From NCBI GenBank assembly GCA_029288805.1, contig JARIGO010000008.1, forward strand, positions 3,894 through 67,893: a DNA stretch of 64,000 bases, in the 5' to 3' direction. The notes under the pieces were generated by a model. It searched no databases. It saw only the letters and a list, made by a program, of their open reading frames with translations, and was not told the origin of the DNA. This DNA is from Candidatus Nomurabacteria bacterium. Lineage in GTDB: Bacteria > Patescibacteriota > Minisyncoccia > Phycocordibacterales > UBA9973. The position numbers were made by a program, and so were the translations under genes. Shown piece by piece: positions 57,829-64,000 of the stretch (positions are counted from its first letter, which is position 1; each line of letters starts with the position of its first letter).

Positions 57829-58185
57829 TTAATTATTCATGTGCGCTTTGTTTGTGCGCGCAGCAGGATTTGCCTCAAGACGATCTTCTTCGATCGGCTC
57901 ACCTGACACTTCACAAAGCCCATATGTACCAGCTTCGATCTTATCAAGCGCACGCTTTACGTCACTAAGACGAGTCTGAAGTGTTGTTGTCATAGCAGTG
58001 CGTTCTTCAAAGTCTTCGAAACGATCTGCCGCATCATTGTCATCGATTTCCCCCATCATATCTTGATCAGGAGTAGCTTCCCATATGTTCGTTTCTGTAT
58101 TGAAAATAGCAATCTGTCCGAGCTCCTCTTCCAGGCTCTTCTTTTCAGTTTCTAGCTTTTCTTTGAAATGATTTGTATTTATCAT
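57829..58185 (-). CDS. DksA/TraR-family protein (single-Cys type)
   Basis: Coiled coil with DDNDAA tip, ALDKIEAGTYGLCEVSGEPIEEDRLEANPAART. Confidence 0.85.
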   Translation of the reverse strand: MINTNHFKEKLETEKKSLEEELGQIAIFNTETNIWEATPDQDMMGEIDDNDAADRFEDFEERTAMTTTLQTRLSDVKRALDKIEAGTYGLCEVSGEPIEEDRLEANPAARTNKAHMNN

Positions 58186-58225
58186 ACCCCGTATACTAAC
58201 ATGGTAGCCCAAAAGCACAAGTTAA

Positions 58226-59104
58226 TTACTGTTGATTAATAATGCTGTCGTACACGGCCTTTACCACCTCTGGCTGGCTGGTAATAACGATAATGTTGCT
58301 ACTGACATATCCATACATAAGCACTATGTGCGGCTGCTTGGTAGCCGGATCGATAGTCTCCAAAACTCGCATCGGAAGGTTATAAAAATACTGGCTCTGG
58401 AATGGCTGGTTAGCGGCAGCTTTCGCGGCCGTACTACTTATGGCCAGGGCTGGAGAAAAAAGCGGAAGCAGTGTGGGTTCAGCAATGCCAAACTCTTTTG
58501 ATGCTTTTTCCGAATCGGCAACAGAAGCCACTACAAACGGATATGTGCCACTTCCGATATTTACCACTCCCAACCGAGCCGAAGTAATAACTGACTGCAG
58601 TGGCTCAGAGATAGTGGGTGCTCCTATAAATGAAAAGAGCTGGCTGTCCGAAATTAGAGCATTACTTGTAGAATCCGTAACCAGGTTGATCAATGTAGGC
58701 TTGTTAACAGGCAGTGTGGTCGAGGGGGTGTAAGCAGCAAGTACTTGTTGCAGATTGGTAGAGCTTGCGACTACGCTGTCACTGTTTTGAAACACTCCCA
58801 CAGAACTCGGTGGTTGTACTTTGACCGTAAGGTGCGTGTAGTAATATGCCCCTCCTATCAATACCGCCAAAGTTAGAAAAATTAAAATAGTACTGCTAAC
58901 GCTATACCATTTTTGCTCTTTTTTTTCTTCTGCCTCAACAACCTCCAACTGTTCCCTTTCTCGGGCATCTGCCAAGAGCTCCTGTACTACTGACGCGTCC
59001 GTAGCATTCATTGCATGAGACAAGTCTTCTTGATAACTCTGACTTAGGGGGCGCGGCTGCTCCTCTTGGGCTGGTTGTTGTTGCGCTTGTTGTTCCGGTT
59101 CCAT
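58226..59104 (-). CDS. Hypothetical bitopic membrane protein
   Basis: Q/E-rich N-terminus, single TM, extracellular domain. Confidence 0.7.
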   Translation of the reverse strand: MEPEQQAQQQPAQEEQPRPLSQSYQEDLSHAMNATDASVVQELLADAREREQLEVVEAEEKKEQKWYSVSSTILIFLTLAVLIGGAYYYTHLTVKVQPPSSVGVFQNSDSVVASSTNLQQVLAAYTPSTTLPVNKPTLINLVTDSTSNALISDSQLFSFIGAPTISEPLQSVITSARLGVVNIGSGTYPFVVASVADSEKASKEFGIAEPTLLPLFSPALAISSTAAKAAANQPFQSQYFYNLPMRVLETIDPATKQPHIVLMYGYVSSNIIVITSQPEVVKAVYDSIINQQ

Positions 59105-59109
59105 GAATA

Positions 59110-59619
59110 TTAATATCCAATTAAGTACTTCTTTGGATTGGTTGAAAGGTCTACGAAGTCATCAACAACTTCCTTTAATGAAGCTGAGGCTGACTGTCCA
59201 AATGTTGCAGCTTCTACTTGCACGCCATGGTGGTATCGCAAATACTCACACAATGGTACGAAGTCTCCATCACCTGAAACTATGATAATAGCGTCGAGCT
59301 TAGGAGCCATTGATACTGCGTCGATGGCAAGTCCAATATCCCAGTCTGCCTTTTTGCTTCCGTCATAAAAAATCTGCAAGTCTTTTGATCGTGTCTCAAT
59401 CCCCGCCTTTGTTAGTGCGCTCAAAAATGCTTTTTCATCGCCGTTTTCCGTAGTGATAACATATGCGATGGAGCGGATTAATGTTCGTCCACACAAAAGA
59501 TCCTTCACTACGTTTCCGAAGTTCACCTTTCTTTTATAAATATTTTTTGCAGTGTGGTAGAGGTTTTGCGCATCTATGAAAATTCCCACACGCTGATCCT
59601 TTTGTTTAATTACTGCCAT
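59110..59619 (-). CDS. NYN/LabA-family (PIN-like) protein
   Basis: IFIDAQNLY, KADWDIGLAID, VSGDGDFVPL, VDDFVDL. Confidence 0.9.
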   Translation of the reverse strand: MAVIKQKDQRVGIFIDAQNLYHTAKNIYKRKVNFGNVVKDLLCGRTLIRSIAYVITTENGDEKAFLSALTKAGIETRSKDLQIFYDGSKKADWDIGLAIDAVSMAPKLDAIIIVSGDGDFVPLCEYLRYHHGVQVEAATFGQSASASLKEVVDDFVDLSTNPKKYLIGY

Positions 59620-59636
59620 ATATAGAGTATACACCT

Positions 59637-59670
59637 AAAATGAAATCACCCTTACGGGTGATTTCATTTT
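59637..59670. terminator. Intrinsic terminator after rpsO
   Basis: aaaatgaaatcaccc-ttac-gggtgatttcatttt. Confidence 0.8.
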
Positions 59671-59671
59671 G

Positions 59672-59932
59672 TTATGCCTTGATTATTTTTAATGCTGACT
59701 TGTGTTTTTCAGGATTAGTCTTCTCAAGTGTCTTAAGGTGTCCACGGCGATCCGCAACCATCTTGATAAGTCCACGTCGAGAGTGATTGTCTTTCTTGTG
59801 CTTCTTCAAGTGATCAGCAAGAACTTCAATTCGTTCTGTAAGCATCGCGATTTGCACCTTTTCAGAACCGGTATCTGTGCCGTGTTCCTGGTGTTTCTTG
59901 ATTACTGCCTGTTTTTTTTTGGTAGTTAACAT
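59672..59932 (-). CDS. rpsO: 30S ribosomal protein S15
   Basis: [28 protein letters not shown]. Confidence 0.96.
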   Translation of the reverse strand: MLTTKKKQAVIKKHQEHGTDTGSEKVQIAMLTERIEVLADHLKKHKKDNHSRRGLIKMVADRRGHLKTLEKTNPEKHKSALKIIKA

Positions 59933-59988
59933 GCGTCTATCATAACACATGCTGCTAAAAAAAGCAAGCCCTGCTATACTATCTACAT

Positions 59989-60915
59989 ATGACTATTTCG
60001 GACGCCAAAATCCAGTTTCTTGAGTATGTTGAAATTGAAAAAGGCCGCAGTCCCCTCACCAGCAGAAATTACGACCATTACCTCACCACATTTTTTGAAC
60101 AAATGAATATCAAGAACCCTTCAGATATTACCGAGTCTGTTATTCGTCAGTTTCGTATTCAGCTCAATCGCGCTCCAGGGGCTAAAACAAAGGGGCAAGG
60201 TGGCAATACTATGAAGAAAACCACTCAGAACTACTATATGATAGCGCTGCGTTCTTTTCTGAAGTATATGAAAAAGATCAATGTTCAGACTGTCAGTCCT
60301 GATGTTATTGAGCTGGCAAAAGTTGGTGCTCGTGACTTGGATCTTATTTCTAAAGACGAGCTCGATAGATTGCTAAAAGCCCCTGACATATCCAAGGCTA
60401 AGTCAGATGAAGCCATTATTAAGGTGTTACGCGATAAGGCGTTGTTAGAATTATTTTTCTCAACAGGGCTTCGTTTGGCAGAACTTTGTTCTCTCAATCG
60501 AGACCTTGATCTTTCTCGTGATGAATTTTCCATTCGTGGTAAGGGAGATAAGGTTCGTGTAGTTTTCCTATCTCCGGAAGCCAAAGAAAACCTCCGTGCA
60601 TATTTGAAAGCACGTAAAGATATGGAAGAAGCCATGTTTGTAAATATTGCCCGTAACAAAATTGCTGCGCGCCTTACTCCCCGTTCCATTGAACGTATAG
60701 TTAAAGAATATGCTATCAAAGCTGGTATTTCTAAGAAGGTAACGCCGCACGTCTTGCGCCACTCATTTGCTACAGATCTTCTTTCAAATGGTGCCGATAT
60801 CCGCAGTGTGCAAATGATGCTTGGGCATGCCAATATCGCTACAACACAGGTCTATACGCATGTTACCGACGCCCAGCTTCGCGAAGTCCACAAGAAATTC
60901 CACAGCAAGAGATAG
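59989..60915 (+). CDS. XerC/XerD-type tyrosine recombinase
   Basis: RDKALLE...[40 protein letters not shown]. Confidence 0.92.
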   Translation: MTISDAKIQFLEYVEIEKGRSPLTSRNYDHYLTTFFEQMNIKNPSDITESVIRQFRIQLNRAPGAKTKGQGGNTMKKTTQNYYMIALRSFLKYMKKINVQTVSPDVIELAKVGARDLDLISKDELDRLLKAPDISKAKSDEAIIKVLRDKALLELFFSTGLRLAELCSLNRDLDLSRDEFSIRGKGDKVRVVFLSPEAKENLRAYLKARKDMEEAMFVNIARNKIAARLTPRSIERIVKEYAIKAGISKKVTPHVLRHSFATDLLSNGADIRSVQMMLGHANIATTQVYTHVTDAQLREVHKKFHSKR

Positions 60916-60956
60916 TTATCCACTTGTGTAAGTTTTTGAGAGTACTATACTTAATA

Positions 60957-61179
60957 CATACGAACCTTAACAATTGAATATGGGCATCGGCCCTACCAAA
61001 TGTCCGCTGAAATAAGCGCTCGTAATATAGGAACCTATACAGTTCCATCCAAGCACCACTTTTATCTGTGCTTAATAAACGATAAATAATCTCCTTAATA
61101 TATAGTCCCTCAATTAAATACCCCTCGAAGATTATTCTTCAAAAATACAAACCATCGCCATCATTGTCGATGGTTTTTT
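60957..61179 (+). ncRNA. Candidate small RNA (promoter, several hairpins, terminator)
   Basis: TTGTGT(60924)-N16-TATACT(60946); GGGCAT/ATGTCC, GGAAC/GTTCC, AAGCAC/GTGCTT hairpins; terminator 61149-61179; only an 11-codon ORF. Confidence 0.35.
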
Positions 61180-61193
61180 GTTATACTATATAT

Positions 61194-61964
61194 ATGCGAA
61201 TAATCTCCTGGAATACCAACGGTCTACGCGCCACATACAAGCAAGGCAATTTTGATCCCCTTTTTACACAGTATGACCCCGACCTTCTTTTTTTGCAGGA
61301 AACCAAAGCTACTTCCGAACAACTTCCTGAAGGCGCTCGCGATGTCTTCGGGTACGATAGTTACTTTTCATGGCCAGAGGTCAAAAAGGGCTATAGCGGC
61401 GTAGCGTTGTATACGAAAGAAAAGCCTTTAAACGTAACACTGGGTATCGGTTTGGCAGGATTAGATGATGAAGGCCGTACTATCACTGCTGAATATAAGG
61501 ATTTTTATGCAATTACCTGTTATTTTCCTAATGGTGGCGGTGGCCCAGAGCGTTTGGATTATAAGCTTCGGTTCTATGATCGGTTTTTGATATATATAGA
61601 GGAACTAAAGAAAAAGAAACCAGTTATTTTTTGCGGAGACGTTAATACTGCTCATAATGAAATAGATCTCGCTCGGCCAAAGGAAAACGTTATGAATACA
61701 GGATTTCTTCCTATTGAGCGAGCATGGATTGACAAGTTGGTAGAACATGGCTGGATAGATGTCTTCCGAAGCTTATATCCCGATGAAACAGGAATATATA
61801 CATACTGGGATCAAAAAACTGCTTCCAGGGAACGCAATGTTGGTTGGCGCATCGATTACTTCTTTGTTTCTGCGGATATAAAAGATAAAATTACTGGTTT
61901 TCAAACACTCAAGGATTATTACGGTAGCGACCACTGTCCTATTGTTTTGGATATAAATATATAA
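61194..61964 (+). CDS. xth: Exodeoxyribonuclease III (AP endonuclease)
   Basis: ISWNTNGLRA, LQETK, GYSGVA, YFPNG, GDVNTAH, GWRIDYF, SDHCP. Confidence 0.95.
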   Translation: MRIISWNTNGLRATYKQGNFDPLFTQYDPDLLFLQETKATSEQLPEGARDVFGYDSYFSWPEVKKGYSGVALYTKEKPLNVTLGIGLAGLDDEGRTITAEYKDFYAITCYFPNGGGGPERLDYKLRFYDRFLIYIEELKKKKPVIFCGDVNTAHNEIDLARPKENVMNTGFLPIERAWIDKLVEHGWIDVFRSLYPDETGIYTYWDQKTASRERNVGWRIDYFFVSADIKDKITGFQTLKDYYGSDHCPIVLDINI

Positions 61965-61968
61965 AAGT

Positions 61969-61994
61969 AAAAAGCCTCACGAGTGAGGCTTTTT
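61969..61994. terminator. Bidirectional terminator
   Basis: aaaaagcctcac-ga-gtgaggcttttt. Confidence 0.75.
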
Positions 61995-62011
61995 AGATAA
62001 TTTTAGGATTA

Positions 62012-62155
62012 TTATCTGAATCTCATACCTTGTCGTCGGTATTTGGGTTGGTTGTAATACTTTTGACGCGGCCCTTTTTCTTTTGCAATGGCCACTGGAA
62101 GAAATGCATTTTCTTCCAAATTGCCACCCTGAGAGTTCGTTGAGTTTTTACACAT
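62012..62155 (-). CDS. Small 47-aa basic orphan missing from the ORF track
   Basis: MCKNSTNSQGGNLEENAFLPVAIAKEKGPRQKYYNQPKYRRQGMRFR; promoter TTGCCT-N17-TAATCT; ends at a bidirectional terminator. Confidence 0.5.
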   Translation of the reverse strand: MCKNSTNSQGGNLEENAFLPVAIAKEKGPRQKYYNQPKYRRQGMRFR

Positions 62156-62225
62156 AAAATATGGTTTTTAGTTTCCTTTAGATTACAAGAACTTTAGCAA
62201 AAAGGCAACGTTGTTACATGTGAAA

Positions 62226-63731
62226 CTACTTTACTCGGTGTTTTTTGCGCAATTCCCCTACCTCAGCTTCATTTGCTGATTCTTTTTGCTCTTTCCCCTT
62301 CTCTCCAAGAGTTTTAAGGTCTTTATCTTCCAACTCGTCTAGGTCTAATACCCGTTCATGAAGCTGTTCCACAGTGTTTAAGGCAGGGTTTTCCAATACT
62401 TCCTCTAGTAATGCATGCAAAATCCATCCCATGCGTGGTCCTGGTTTCATGTGTAACGTTTCCATAAGGTACTTTCCGTCTATAGCAAGCTGAGAAACAC
62501 TGATGGGGTCACGAAGCGCTTCCTCAATCATGGCATGATATTTTCTCAATCTATATGGGGCTTCAGCCTTTTTCATGCCTACGCGGTCACACTCTCGAAC
62601 TTCCATAAGCTCCCAAATATGCTCAGGGCTAACTTTTTGAATAATACGACGAACGGCAGAAAGGGTTATTTGCTCGGTATCTGAGAAAAACATGTGGTTT
62701 CTAATCAGTGAAACCACCAAATCAATAGTTTCACGTGAAAACTTCATGCGTTCTAGGATTTTTTTCGCCATACGAGCTCCCACCACTTCATGACCAAAGA
62801 AGGTATATTTATCCTTATTCCTGTCGTATTGACGAGTCGCAGGCTTTCCAATGTCATGGAAAAGAGCCGTAAGGCGGATTTCCAGAGAATCTCCTTTGTC
62901 TGCTGCATGCTGAAGGGCGTGTAATAAGTGGTTATATACATCATATATATGAGCACCTTTCTGCTCACAACCAATACCCTCTTCTAGTTCTGGGATAATA
63001 AACTCTAGTAATCCAGCCTTTTGAAGCATATCCACCCCAGAGGCAGAATGTTTAGAAAGAATAATTTTGACGAATTCATCTCGAATACGTTCTTGGGAGA
63101 TATTCTTAAGTAATGAAGCTTTATTTCCTATTGCCGTCAGTGTTTCACCTGAAACAGCAAAATCTAGGGTTGTGGAAAACCTAATAGCTCGCATCATACG
63201 CAACGCGTCTTCTTCAAAGCGAATTTCTGGATTAAGGACACATTTAATTATTTTGTCCTTTATATCACACTGTCCTTTAAAAATATCTATAATTTGTCCA
63301 TTAGAAGGGTCAAAAGCTAGAGCATTTATCGTAAAGTCCCGCCTTTCCAAATCTTTTTCTAGTTTTGTTTCATATGTAACACTATCTGGACGCCGATTAT
63401 CGCTATAATTTCCTTCTGAACGATATGTGGTAATCTGAACCTGGTCATTTTGTGTTACATGTGTAACGTCTCGCTGTGTTTCATCTGCAGGAATGTTGAT
63501 AACTGTTACAGTGCCAAAATTATTCTCATATACTGTTTTAAGTACAGGAAAACAAGCCTGGATCTGATCCGGATGAGCATTTGTTGTTATATCCCAGTCT
63601 TTTGGTTTCTTGTGTAACAGTAAGTCACGTACGCACCCACCTACTAAATAGGCTTCAAAACCATTATCTTGAAGTGTTTTGGTTACATGTGAAACAAAAT
63701 CTGGGATTTTTGTGTTGTCTATAGTGTTCAT
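62226..63731 (-). CDS. cca: CCA tRNA nucleotidyltransferase with HD domain
   Basis: VGGCVRD, DWDITT, DLERRDFTINA, EDALRMMRA, ERIRDE, FHDIGK; start MNTID (the ORF-track extension overlaps a tRNA). Confidence 0.9.
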   Translation of the reverse strand: MNTIDNTKIPDFVSHVTKTLQDNGFEAYLVGGCVRDLLLHKKPKDWDITTNAHPDQIQACFPVLKTVYENNFGTVTVINIPADETQRDVTHVTQNDQVQITTYRSEGNYSDNRRPDSVTYETKLEKDLERRDFTINALAFDPSNGQIIDIFKGQCDIKDKIIKCVLNPEIRFEEDALRMMRAIRFSTTLDFAVSGETLTAIGNKASLLKNISQERIRDEFVKIILSKHSASGVDMLQKAGLLEFIIPELEEGIGCEQKGAHIYDVYNHLLHALQHAADKGDSLEIRLTALFHDIGKPATRQYDRNKDKYTFFGHEVVGARMAKKILERMKFSRETIDLVVSLIRNHMFFSDTEQITLSAVRRIIQKVSPEHIWELMEVRECDRVGMKKAEAPYRLRKYHAMIEEALRDPISVSQLAIDGKYLMETLHMKPGPRMGWILHALLEEVLENPALNTVEQLHERVLDLDELEDKDLKTLGEKGKEQKESANEAEVGELRKKHRVK

Positions 63732-63746
63732 TAGAACTAAATATTG

Positions 63747-63818
63747 TGCACCTACCAGGATTCGAACCCAGAATAACGGTTCCGAAGACCGCTGTGATAT
63801 CCATTTCACCATAGGTGC
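63747..63818 (-). tRNA. tRNA-Arg(TCG)
   Basis: GCACCTA/TAGGTGC acceptor, GCGGT-CTTCGGA-ACCGT, GGTTCGAATCC; CCA not encoded. Confidence 0.92.
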
Positions 63819-63910
63819 TTACTAATAACGTTTAAACTATAACACTTATGCTTAAATAAGCAAAAATACTTATTGCAAATAGATTAAAAGAAGGTATACT
63901 GTTTCTACTT

Positions 63911-63981
63911 GCGGTTATGGTTTAGTGGTAGAATGCGTCCTTGCCAAGGACGAGACCAGGGTTCGATTCCCTGTAGCCGCA
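63911..63981 (+). tRNA. tRNA-Gly(GCC)
   Basis: GCGGTTA/TAGCCGC acceptor, CGTCC-TTGCCAA-GGACG; CCA not encoded. Confidence 0.95.
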
Positions 63982-64000
63982 CAAAACAAAAGACCCGTTA

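Noticed and set aside
59989-60915. Tyrosine recombinase as an integrase of a prophage, ICE or integron
   Set aside because: Xer-like length and motifs, housekeeping neighbours, no att repeats, attC array or cargo
1-64000. CRISPR arrays, rRNA, IS elements, DGR/retron, stop-codon reassignment
   Set aside because: No spaced direct repeats, transposase, reverse transcriptase or rRNA sequence seen; conserved genes such as ruvX and rsmA end at TGA and read intact under code 11

Overview
Chromosomal window from a reduced-genome bacterium using the standard genetic code (11). Gene content and style (PrgI/VirB4/VirB6-like locus, PilM/PilB, ComM, short PolA, no biosynthetic genes, almost no Shine-Dalgarno sites) point to Patescibacteria/CPR, probably Parcubacteria; this is an inference. 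The window spans the dnaA-dnaN origin region with rpmH-rnpA-yidD-yidC and holds 8 tRNA genes plus many replication, repair and translation genes (rplS, rpsT, rpsO, tyrS, polA, ruvA/B/C, mutM, pcrA, xth, rsmA, cca, tsaE). No CRISPR, prophage or IS element was seen. Points of most interest: (1) a ~15.4 kb type IV secretion-like locus next to oriC with no relaxase or integrase in the window, including a VirB2-pilin/M15 peptidase fusion and several large orphan secreted proteins; (2) inverted copies of tRNA 3' ends placed just downstream of tRNA genes; (3) four structured intergenic elements that match no family I can recognise by eye; (4) a two-class expression architecture, with leaderless housekeeping genes versus orphan secreted/lipoprotein genes carrying full sigma70 promoters and A-rich leaders; (5) inosine-independent Arg decoding (GCG and TCG anticodons). 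Many start codons were moved from the ORF track to the ATG/GTG lying 6-8 nt behind a -10 box. All family calls are by motif recognition; no searches were run.
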